Source of the DNA: a candidate division WOR-3 bacterium
Lineage (GTDB): Bacteria; Hydrothermota; Tepidihabitantia; Tepidihabitantales; DTDR01
Assembly (NCBI GenBank): GCA_039801885.1
Contig: JBDRVN010000029.1
Span: forward strand, 1 to 21,066
DNA: 21,066 bases
Direction of reading: 5' to 3'
Below the pieces are notes generated by a model. It was not told where the DNA came from and searched no databases. It worked only from the letters and a program-made list of their open reading frames with translations. This document shows positions 1 through 7,704 of the stretch, in pieces (within the stretch, counting starts at the first letter, position 1; each line of letters opens with the position of its first letter). A program made the translations under genes and the position numbers.

Positions 1-499
1 CATTATTATAAAATACCTTTCCTTTTCCCAAAAGGACTAAGGCGATTTGTGCCAATGGTGATAAATCACCAGATGCACCGACTGAACCTTTCTTTTGGAC
101 ACAAGGAATAATATCTTTGTTGATGAGATTTAATAAGGCTTCTATTAGCTCCTCTCTTACTCCGGAATATCCTTTACTAAGCATATTTGCCCTTAAAAAG
201 ATTGCCAACCGAACAATATCTTTATCAAAATATTCACCCTCGCCTAAGGCGTGAGAAACAATTAAGTTATATTGTAATTTTTTTATCTCTTCTTTTGATA
301 TCTCTTTATTGACCAAAGCACCAAAACCGGTATTCACTCCGTAAATTATTCTTCCTTCTTCAATTATCTTTTTTAAAGTATTATGGGTCTTTAAAATCTT
401 ATTTCTTGCCTTATCTTTAATTTTTACAGTACCTTTTGATAATAAAAATTTTTTAATAAGATCTAAATTTAAATTTCCAACAGGTATTTTAATAATCAT
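1..499 (-). CDS. hutH: Histidine ammonia-lyase, 5' part (runs off window edge; not in ORF track)
   Basis: Manual translation from ATG at 499: MIIKIPVGNLNLDL...IYGVNTGFGALVN...LQYNLIVSHALGEG...LSKGYSGVR...KGSVGASGDLSPLAQ. MIO-forming Ala142-Ser-Gly at 76-68; 'SH' in NLIVSHA is the histidase-type specificity motif. Overlaps upstream gene by 11 nt. Confidence 0.93.
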   Translation of the reverse strand, partial: MIIKIPVGNLNLDLIKKFLLSKGTVKIKDKARNKILKTHNTLKKIIEEGRIIYGVNTGFGALVNKEISKEEIKKLQYNLIVSHALGEGEYFDKDIVRLAIFLRANMLSKGYSGVREELIEALLNLINKDIIPCVQKKGSVGASGDLSPLAQIALVLLGKGKVFYNN

Positions 500-1550
500 C
501 TTCACAAACAAAATTTATTTTTGGATTATCAATATGATTTACTGTCTCTTTTAATGCCTCTTCCATTCGCAAAATATTCTCTTTGGTTAAATATTTAATT
601 TTTCCTTCTTTATAAAGTTTTAAAAATTTCTTTATTGGCAAAACTTTGAATTTGTATTTTTCTCCTTCTTTATATTTTGCTATCCAACAAGGAATATAAC
701 TTATTTCTTTTAAGAATACTTTATTATCTCTTTTATCAATAATATATTTAAGCATAATACCAGTATCAGTATACCTTTTTCTTTGGCCACAAAAGAAATT
801 ACCTAAAGAATAGGCAACAAATACTTTTTTATTATCAATTTCAACTATTTCTACTGGTTGAATAACATGGGGATGCGAAGCGATAATCATATCAGCACCA
901 AATTTAATAACCTCTCTTACAATCCTTTTCTGTTCTTTGTTGGGATACCTCTCATATTCATTACCAAAATGTAAAGCAACAATTACAAAATCACTTATTC
1001 TTTTTGCCTTTTCAATATCCCTTTTTATCTTTTCTAAATCAATTAAATTAACCATCCAAGGTTTGGGAATTGGTATTCCATTTGTGCCATAGGTATAACT
1101 TAAAAAAGATATTTTAATATTATCCTTTTCAAAAACATAAATATTTTCACTCTCTTCTTCATTATCATAAGCACCGATTTGTATTAAATTATATTTCTTT
1201 AAAATATGAGTAGTTGTTTTTAGTCCTTTTTCTCCATAATCCATAGTATGATTTGTTCGAAAAGTTATTTTAAAGCCAACTTTTTCTAAAACTTCTGCTA
1301 GATTTTTCGGTGTTTTAAAACAGGGATAACCAGTATAAGGTCCAATTGTATCTAACACACCACCAAACCAACAGGTAACAATATCTGCATTCTTTAAATA
1401 AGGCTCCGCTTCTTCAAAACAGGGATAGAAATTATATATTTTACTTTCCTTTTGATAAACACTTTTCAATACCGATTCGTGAATAAATATATCTCCAACA
1501 GAAATAATTTCTATCTTGTTTAAAAATAAGATTATTAGTAAGAAATTCAA
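489..1550 (-). CDS. CapA/PGA_cap-family secreted metallophosphoesterase-like protein
   Basis: Motifs VGDIFIH, TNHTMDYG, SYTYGTNG, LHFGNEY, SHPHVIQP, AYSLGNF; hydrophobic N-terminus; TTG start directly after the upstream stop (TAATTG). Confidence 0.85.
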   Translation of the reverse strand: MNFLLIILFLNKIEIISVGDIFIHESVLKSVYQKESKIYNFYPCFEEAEPYLKNADIVTCWFGGVLDTIGPYTGYPCFKTPKNLAEVLEKVGFKITFRTNHTMDYGEKGLKTTTHILKKYNLIQIGAYDNEEESENIYVFEKDNIKISFLSYTYGTNGIPIPKPWMVNLIDLEKIKRDIEKAKRISDFVIVALHFGNEYERYPNKEQKRIVREVIKFGADMIIASHPHVIQPVEIVEIDNKKVFVAYSLGNFFCGQRKRYTDTGIMLKYIIDKRDNKVFLKEISYIPCWIAKYKEGEKYKFKVLPIKKFLKLYKEGKIKYLTKENILRMEEALKETVNHIDNPKINFVCEDDY

Positions 1551-2627
1551 TTACTCAATAACCTCGCCTTCCAAACTTCCCTTTGCCCTTAAATATAATA
1601 TCAACCCGTTAGAAAAATCTTTACTTAAAATATGGAGATTTTCCAAAAGAAATAGAGCACTTTTATAATCTTTCTGCTCAAAATATTTCAAGGCATCCGC
1701 ATAATATCCTTTTGTCTTCTCTTCAACCTTGGGCAAGGTATTAGTCAATTCTTTTTCTAAATAAGTTTCAATACCCCTTTTCAATTCCGAAAGATAATCA
1801 TTTAACTTATTGATATTGATACTAACTTCGCTTAATGCCTTTCTTTGTGCCTCTTCTTTGGAATTGCTTACACCTTTTCCTTCGGAAGAGGATATTTTAC
1901 CAATAATATTTCCCTTCTTATCTTTTAAATAAATAATATAATATGCCTTTATTGTCCAAAGCGGTCCACCTAATGACGCCAGTTTACTTACTGTCTCATA
2001 AGAAGGCGTACCGATAATTTGGGCAAAATATTTCTCATTATCAATAATAAAATTATTGCCTTCTAAAATTGATTTAATCTCCTCATAATAATCGGAAGAA
2101 ACCCTTACCCGATAGATCTCTTCATTCTCTTTTAATAGGTTAACAAGATTTTCCTTTTCATAAATCTTTGCCAAATTTTCATTAAGCATTTTCAAAAACC
2201 TTTCTGATTGAATTCCACCAAGGATATAATACTTTTTCTCTCTCTTATTCTCATATTTATCCCGAACCTCAAAGTATTCACTCACCTTATCAAGAACATT
2301 CTTAATCTCTTTCGCTACCAAATCTTTTAGAATAAAATCAAACTCAGTCTTAACCGGTGGATTAAGGCGGCTCAAATATTCACTTGTTAAATTATAGAGC
2401 AAAGCACTTAACTCTTCCTTACATTTTGCTTCGGCATCACTAAGAGAGGTTTGCGAGACCGAAACAGTTGTAAAATAACCTTCACTACCAATTCCCAATT
2501 TCTTAGTCGGCAATTTTACCCAATCTGGCTCCTTTTTTTGAGAAACTTTTTGAGCACAAGAAAAATCTAACTTCTCACAAAAGATGAAAAGAAGAAAAAG
2601 GAAAATAATAAAAAAAACCTTTTTCAT
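1551..2627 (-). CDS. Hypothetical exported protein/lipoprotein (LPP20-like N-terminus), 358 aa
   Basis: Start re-assigned to ATG at 2627 (MKKVFFIIFLFLLFIFC), preceded by GGGGG SD; the track start at 2660 lies inside the promoter. Signal peptide with Cys, then EPDWVK motif; short TPR-like helix pair at the C-terminus. Confidence 0.7.
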   Translation of the reverse strand: MKKVFFIIFLFLLFIFCEKLDFSCAQKVSQKKEPDWVKLPTKKLGIGSEGYFTTVSVSQTSLSDAEAKCKEELSALLYNLTSEYLSRLNPPVKTEFDFILKDLVAKEIKNVLDKVSEYFEVRDKYENKREKKYYILGGIQSERFLKMLNENLAKIYEKENLVNLLKENEEIYRVRVSSDYYEEIKSILEGNNFIIDNEKYFAQIIGTPSYETVSKLASLGGPLWTIKAYYIIYLKDKKGNIIGKISSSEGKGVSNSKEEAQRKALSEVSININKLNDYLSELKRGIETYLEKELTNTLPKVEEKTKGYYADALKYFEQKDYKSALFLLENLHILSKDFSNGLILYLRAKGSLEGEVIE

Positions 2628-2650
2628 AATACCCCCGTATTTAATTTTAA

Positions 2651-2679
2651 AATATAGCAAAAAATATTTAAAATGTCAA
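2651..2679 (-). promoter_or_regulatory. Sigma70-type promoter for the lipoprotein-capA-hutH operon
   Basis: On the minus strand: TTGACA-17 nt-TATATT with TG extended -10 element. Confidence 0.7.
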
Positions 2680-2769
2680 TTATTATCAAAATTAAAAAAT
2701 TCGTAATAAATTATATACGACTCATTTATTAAACTTGGCAACTACTTTCCACCTATTTACTATTTTTCC

Positions 2770-2797
2770 TTGACATTTCAAAATTTTTGAATATATT
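2770..2797 (+). promoter_or_regulatory. Divergent sigma70-type promoter with no long ORF downstream
   Basis: TTGACA (2770-2775)-16 nt-TATATT (2792-2797); a TATAAT follows at 2798-2803. AT-rich context weakens the call. Confidence 0.45.
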
Positions 2798-2919
2798 TAT
2801 AATAGTTAAAATTAGTTTTTAGGTGTTTAATTGATGAATTTGGTTATTAGAATGAATAGAAACCTAAATTATATTAATAAAATGGAAAAAAATTACACAT
2901 AAGGGAAGGAGAAACCCCG

Positions 2920-3096
2920 TTGAGGGAACGGTACAGGGAATTGCTCTATTGTATTAATAATAAAAATCTTATTAATGCGAATAATAATAGCTCTATTAAC
3001 GATAATAATTATCGCTTTATTAGTAATTATAGTGAAATTACTATTAACTGCCTTAATAATAATTCCATCTTTAAGAATTGTGTAGGGCTTAAATGA
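2920..3096 (+). other. Low-complexity AAT/ATT-rich tract containing overlapping small ORFs
   Basis: TTG ORF 2920-3096 (58 aa, Asn-rich, AAGGAG SD 8 nt upstream) and ATG ORF 2975-3085 (36 aa, hydrophobic); degenerate 12-nt units ATAGCTCTATTA / ATCGCTTTATTA / ACTGCCTTAATA. Confidence 0.3.
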
Positions 3097-3653
3097 CCTC
3101 TCGGAGATGGACTATAGGTCTTAGATACTCGATAAATAAATAGCAGATTAAATTAAAGCAAGATATAATAAATAAGACTTATGGAATAATAATTTATAAA
3201 AACTTCATGCATTTAGATAAAAAGAGTGCTGATAACAGAGTTTATGACAAATCACACCCAGATGATTACTAACGACTCCGGCAATTAAAGCGAAATCAAT
3301 ATATAAAATTACTCCAAAAGTGTGAGAGTTACCAAAATAAATAATGACGAGTTTAATGTGTGAGAATTCAAAAAATCGTTGAGATAATTGATAAATAAAG
3401 AAATTTATTTTATGAAGTAAAAAAAATTCTTTTCCAAAATTGGCTTAAGAAATCCTTAGAAGAGAGAGTTATTTGGTTCATAATCAAAAGGCAGAAGTAA
3501 GTTGGTTAAGAATTTCTGCAAAATACTGGTAAGTATTTTTTAAGATTATTTAAATAATTTCAAACTATTTTTATTTACCTTGATATCTTTATTAATTATT
3601 AATCTGGTAACTATTTTTAAACACATTTACTAAAAATATTGAGTTTGTAATAC

Positions 3654-3682
3654 TTGACTTTACAATAAATTTTTTTTACACT
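3654..3682 (+). promoter_or_regulatory. Sigma70-type promoter for the leader RNA/fibre operon
   Basis: TTGACT-17 nt-TACACT; predicted start ~3689-3690 coincides with the first base of the closing stem of the structured leader. Confidence 0.65.
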
Positions 3683-3689
3683 AAATTAA

Positions 3690-3890
3690 CCAATGGAACC
3701 TGGTAGGAAGATGACGGAGTGGAGAATACGGATAAGTGCCTGTTCTTGGGTCAGAAAAGGTAAATATGACTTAAGGACCTGGAAAAAAGAAATTATAATC
3801 TATCCTGCGCTGGGCACTTCTGGAATTTTAAAATAAGGGTGGAATAAGGTTCTATTGGCTCTACCTTTTTCCCCCAGAAAAAAGAGCCAA
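3690..3890 (+). ncRNA. Unassigned structured 5' leader RNA (candidate cis-regulatory element or sRNA)
   Basis: Nested stems 3690-3701/3847-3858 (12 bp), 3734-3741/3812-3819 (8 bp), 3742-3753/3767-3778 (12 bp); competing hairpin 3855-3862/3883-3890. Confidence 0.55.
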
Positions 3891-3904
3891 AAAGAGAGGC
3901 AGTA

Positions 3905-6553
3905 ATGAAAGTATTATTAAAAGTTATTTTGTTAGTAATTGTATTTCAGTTTTTTATTATAATCCTTCCAACTGCTTGGGCTACAAAAGATGTGGTAATC
4001 AATTCTCAAACTTCAATAATTAGTCCTCAAGGACAATCAAACACGACTGATGCACCGGAAGCAATAGCAATTCCGCGAATGTTCAATTATCAAGGCAAAC
4101 TGACTGATGCAACAGGTAATCCAGTAAGAGATAGCACTTATTCAATAACCTTTCGGTTCTTTAAGGTTTCCAGTGGTGGTACCGCCTTTTGGAATGAAAC
4201 ACAAAATGTTCAGACTAATAGTGGACTTTTTAATGTCCTTTTAGGTTCACTAACTCCGATTGATTCCATACCGCAAGATGGTAACTGTTACCTTGAGATG
4301 CAGGTGAATCCCAATCCAGCGATGACACCAAGGATCAGAATTGTCAGTTCCGCTTATGCCTATCTATCAAAAAAAGCTGATAGTGCTGGTTATGCGGCAA
4401 GTGCTCCAATCATAAGACCAATCACACCACCAGTTTATAGTGCTGAGATTAGAGATACAACGATTATTGCTGGTAAGATAAAAGATGGTGCGGTGACGAT
4501 GGCAAAGATAGACCAATCAGGTGCAACAACTGGGCAAGTGATAAAGTGGACCGGAACTGCTTGGGCACCGAGGAATGATAGTGCTGGTGGTCCGCCCACA
4601 GGTCCAGCAGGCGGTGACTTGACTGGGACTTATCCCAATCCGACGATTGCCAATAATGCGGTCAATTCGGCAAAGATTGCTGACCGTGAGGTTACTAATG
4701 CTGACCTTGCCGAAAATGCGGTTACCACTTCAAAGATTACTGATGCTAATGTTACTCTGGCTAAAATCAGTCCGACTGGTTCTTCAGCAGGTCAAGCGAT
4801 TATTTCTACTGGTTCTTCAACACCGCCGACTTGGGGAAATGTAGCGCCTGGTCCGCACAATCATCTTGGCGAGACTTGGACAACTACTACCATTGACCGG
4901 GGCCTTTTGATGAAACTTGACCGTAATACATCATCCATAATTAACGGATTAGTTGATTCAGTGCTCAATGCTGGAACTGGTTTTGCTTACGGTGCCCAAT
5001 TTTATGTTAGTGGCACTGGCACCGGTCCCAGATATGGTATCTATACCCAAGCATCCTGCCCATCAGGCTCGGGTAGTGGTGCGACGGGTATCTATAGCAG
5101 TGGGTCGAGCGAAGGGACCGGAATAGTTTATGGTGGTTATTTTTATGCTGGTGGTAGTGGCACTGGAACTAAATACGGTGTCAATAGCTTTGTGGCAGGT
5201 CCTAGTAAAATGTACGGCGTTCGTAGTTCCGCTTCACTTTCTTCGGCGGCGACTGATTCAGGCTTTGGAGTTTATGGTTCTTGTTCTAATAGTGGTTCGG
5301 GCAAAACCTTTGGCGGATTCTTCAATGCTGGTGGTTCTGGTGCGGGTGCGAAATATGGAGTAATAAGTAGCGCTTCGGGTTCATTGTCAGATACTGTCTT
5401 CGGTGTCTACACAACAAGTTCAAACTCAGGTTCTGGTCCCGGTTATGCCTTCTATGGAAAAACTTCAGTTCCCTCTGGAAATGGCTGGGGCTATGGTGGC
5501 TACTTCAATGTCGCTGGTTATAGGAGTAGGCTATATGGAGTTTATAGCGATGTCTCGGCTTCAGATGTTTCTACCGACCCAGCATATGGATACTACGGAC
5601 AGGTTTACCACTCTGGTAGCGGTTATGTGTACGGCGGTAGTTTTGAGGCAACCGGCACCGGTACCGGCGAGAGGGTGGGTGTTCGTGGCTCGGCATACAT
5701 ATCATCGGGTTCAAGTTCAATTTATGGTGTATATGGTTATGCTACACACAGTAGTGTTGGTGCTGCATACGGCGGTAGGTTCAGTGTATCTGGTGGCACT
5801 GGCATTAGATACGGCGTTTATAGCGACGCTAATGGTTCAGGTTCAGTCTATGGGGTCTATGCAACTACTTACAATTCTTCTGGAAGTGGCACTTCATACG
5901 GCGGTTATTTCAAGGTTACTAATACCACTGGTAATAATACCGGCGTTTATGGCGAGGCTTCTGGTTCAAATTCTAACGGAGTTTATGGAACTGCAAGCGG
6001 GACTTATTCTGCTGGCGGATATTTCAGTGGAAATTATTGGGCCGGTGTTTTTGAAGGCGATGTGCATGTCACTGATTTTCTCAGGGTAGAAGGAGATTGT
6101 TGGATAGGCGGAGATTTTTATGTAGTTGGGTCAAAATCAGCTGTGGTTAAAATTGATGAAAACGACCAGCGACTGGTCTACTGTCAAGAAAGCCCGGAAG
6201 TCTGGTTTGAAGATTTCGGCGAAGGTCAGTTGAGAGATGGTAAAGCAGATATTCAACTCGACCCAACCTTTCTTAAAACCGTAACTATCTCCGAAGAACA
6301 TCCAATGAAGGTATTTATCCAACTGAATGATGATTGCAATGGTGTCTACGTTAAACGAGGAAACACCGGTTTTTCGGTGGTTGAACTTAATAATGGCAAA
6401 TCAGATGCCCATTTCACCTATCGGGTAGTAGCAAAACGTAAAGGATATGAAAATGTGCGATTAGAGAAAATAGAGCCAGATATAAATCCTAATGAAATTA
6501 TACCCGAAAGTCTGAAATACCGCGTCAAAATGAAGGTACGGAGAAATAAATAA
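3905..6553 (+). CDS. Secreted fibre/adhesin-like repeat protein (tail-fibre-like), 882 aa
   Basis: Signal peptide (…PTAWA); N-terminal IPRMFNYQGKLTD domain; GDLTGTYPNPTI motif and AVTxAKI decad repeats; long Gly/Ser-rich YG(V/G)Y repeat region; C-terminal ESPEVWFEDFG…VAKRKGYE domain resembling phage tail protein C-termini. Confidence 0.8.
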   Translation: MKVLLKVILLVIVFQFFIIILPTAWATKDVVINSQTSIISPQGQSNTTDAPEAIAIPRMFNYQGKLTDATGNPVRDSTYSITFRFFKVSSGGTAFWNETQNVQTNSGLFNVLLGSLTPIDSIPQDGNCYLEMQVNPNPAMTPRIRIVSSAYAYLSKKADSAGYAASAPIIRPITPPVYSAEIRDTTIIAGKIKDGAVTMAKIDQSGATTGQVIKWTGTAWAPRNDSAGGPPTGPAGGDLTGTYPNPTIANNAVNSAKIADREVTNADLAENAVTTSKITDANVTLAKISPTGSSAGQAIISTGSSTPPTWGNVAPGPHNHLGETWTTTTIDRGLLMKLDRNTSSIINGLVDSVLNAGTGFAYGAQFYVSGTGTGPRYGIYTQASCPSGSGSGATGIYSSGSSEGTGIVYGGYFYAGGSGTGTKYGVNSFVAGPSKMYGVRSSASLSSAATDSGFGVYGSCSNSGSGKTFGGFFNAGGSGAGAKYGVISSASGSLSDTVFGVYTTSSNSGSGPGYAFYGKTSVPSGNGWGYGGYFNVAGYRSRLYGVYSDVSASDVSTDPAYGYYGQVYHSGSGYVYGGSFEATGTGTGERVGVRGSAYISSGSSSIYGVYGYATHSSVGAAYGGRFSVSGGTGIRYGVYSDANGSGSVYGVYATTYNSSGSGTSYGGYFKVTNTTGNNTGVYGEASGSNSNGVYGTASGTYSAGGYFSGNYWAGVFEGDVHVTDFLRVEGDCWIGGDFYVVGSKSAVVKIDENDQRLVYCQESPEVWFEDFGEGQLRDGKADIQLDPTFLKTVTISEEHPMKVFIQLNDDCNGVYVKRGNTGFSVVELNNGKSDAHFTYRVVAKRKGYENVRLEKIEPDINPNEIIPESLKYRVKMKVRRNK
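4646..4768 (+). repeat. Four ~10-aa coding repeats (IAxxAVTxAK)
   Basis: IANNAVNSAK IADREVTNAD LAENAVTTSK ITDANVTLAK. Confidence 0.8.
4988..6058 (+). repeat. Degenerate 11-17-aa coding repeats, core (Y/F/T)G(V/G/I)Y, roughly two dozen copies
   Basis: e.g. GTGPRYGIYTQA, GTGIVYGGYFYA, SDTVFGVYTTS, SSSIYGVYGYA, GSVYGVYATT; recurrent TATGG/TACGG in the DNA. Confidence 0.85.
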
Positions 6554-6575
6554 CAAGAACTTTAAAGGAGGAGTT

Positions 6576-7151
6576 ATGAGTAGAATATGGAATTTTTTAC
6601 ATGAACAGCCACAAGGGATATTTATTTTTTTCTACTGCTTAATTCTTACTGCTTTCTGCTCACTATCTTTTGGACAATACCACTGCGATTGGAATGTTTT
6701 TGATGCCAGTGGTGGATTTTTAAGTTCAACTGATTTTCAAACCAATACTTCATTTAGTCAACCAGCAATCGGTTATTTAACCACAACCAACTTACAAGCA
6801 TTTATCGGCTTCTGGCAAGTTGGACCATTAGTTGGAATTGAAGAATCGGAAGAAATGCCAAATCTCATTAAATTAGAAACAAAACTCTTTAACCCCCAAC
6901 CCAACCCTTTTACCTATAAGACACGGATTATATTCTCCCTTAAGAATCAAACAAATGTTAAACTTTTCATCTACGACTTAACCGGCCGAGTTGTAAAAAA
7001 TCTAATTAACGGTAATATGAAGCCCGGAGTTTACTCAATAGACTGGCGAGGCGACGATAATCAGAGTAAGAAATTGGGAAAAGGTATTTACTTCCTGAAA
7101 TTTGAGACCGAGGGTTACCAAAAGATAAAAAAACTACTTCCTGTCCGATAA
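6576..7151 (+). CDS. Small secreted protein with C-terminal FlgD-Ig/T9SS type A-like sorting domain
   Basis: AAGGAGGAG SD; signal peptide ending SFG-Q; ~50-aa domain DWNVFDASGG…SQPAIG…IGFWQ; CTD PNPF…IYDLTGRVVK…WRGDD…GIYFLKF. Confidence 0.85.
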   Translation: MSRIWNFLHEQPQGIFIFFYCLILTAFCSLSFGQYHCDWNVFDASGGFLSSTDFQTNTSFSQPAIGYLTTTNLQAFIGFWQVGPLVGIEESEEMPNLIKLETKLFNPQPNPFTYKTRIIFSLKNQTNVKLFIYDLTGRVVKNLINGNMKPGVYSIDWRGDDNQSKKLGKGIYFLKFETEGYQKIKKLLPVR

Positions 7152-7220
7152 ATTGAGACAAAGGACTACAAAGAAAATAAGGTAATCAATAGTTAAGTAG
7201 TCCGATTTTTCTCCAACAGT

Positions 7221-7252
7221 AGACGCCCCCATAATTCTTGGGGGCGTTTTTT
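7221..7252 (+). terminator. Rho-independent terminator
   Basis: ACGCCCCCA-TAATTCT-TGGGGGCGT followed by a T run. Confidence 0.9.
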
Positions 7253-7632
7253 ATTTAAATCCATATTTAGATGACGGCTACCAAAAGCACCAATAAATAA
7301 TAAAAAGAAAAAGTTTTTTAAACCTCTTATTTATATAATTTTATTTTAAATATCCCTAATTATTTTATAATATTAAGTACTATGTACAACCGAATACCCA
7401 AAGAGGATAAATAGGTAGTAAAAAATATTGATTTAGGGATAAAAAAAATACCAAAAGGTAAGGTTTATACTGGTCTGTCTCCTGATGAATTATTGAAACG
7501 GAAAAGGGGACATTTTAAAAAGATACTTGATGCTGAAATATATCTAAATAATTAAAAGAAGTGAATAAAATTATTAATAAAAAGGGAACTAAAAAGGTAA
7601 GGGAAAATATTAATTTAAAAAAAACCCATTAT

Positions 7633-7660
7633 TTGACTTTTTAATTTTTCTATGTATAAT
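7633..7660 (+). promoter_or_regulatory. Sigma70-type promoter for the 7705 gene
   Basis: TTGACT-16 nt-TATAAT; small 5'-end hairpin GACGG-CTTAA-CCGTC (7668-7682); AGGAGG SD at 7695-7700. Confidence 0.7.
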
Positions 7661-7704
7661 ATAACAAGACGGCTTAACCGTCAAATAAAAACTTAGGAGG
7701 AATA

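Noticed and set aside
489-1550. Poly-gamma-glutamate capsule operon
   Set aside because: capB/capC (pgsB/pgsC) are absent from the window.
2628-2660. Track start at 2660
   Set aside because: Overlaps the -10 box; ATG 2627 has an SD and gives a normal signal peptide.
2940-3080. AAT/AAC-rich tract as a diversity-generating retroelement template repeat
   Set aside because: No matching variable repeat differing at adenines was seen, and no reverse transcriptase is in the window.
3690-3860. Assignment of the leader to c-di-GMP-II, cobalamin or TPP riboswitch, 6S RNA or SRP RNA
   Set aside because: GGGCACUU resembles c-di-GMP-II but its partner AGUGC lies upstream, the wrong order; cobalamin and TPP consensus blocks are absent; the fold is branched rather than a 6S rod; no SRP helix-8 motif seen. 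Needs cmscan to be conclusive.
4647-6322. Overlapping ORFs 4647-4844, 5130-5363, 5403-6089, 6137-6322
   Set aside because: Shadow frames of the repeat gene (TAT-GGT read as ATG-GT gives the Met/Val-rich translations); no motifs.
3905-6553. Prophage or tailocin
   Set aside because: The fibre has a Sec signal peptide and no other phage structural, lysis or integration genes are present.
7412-7414. Pyrrolysine read-through at the in-frame TAG
   Set aside because: No recognisable protein family or pyl context; a decayed or chance frame is simpler.
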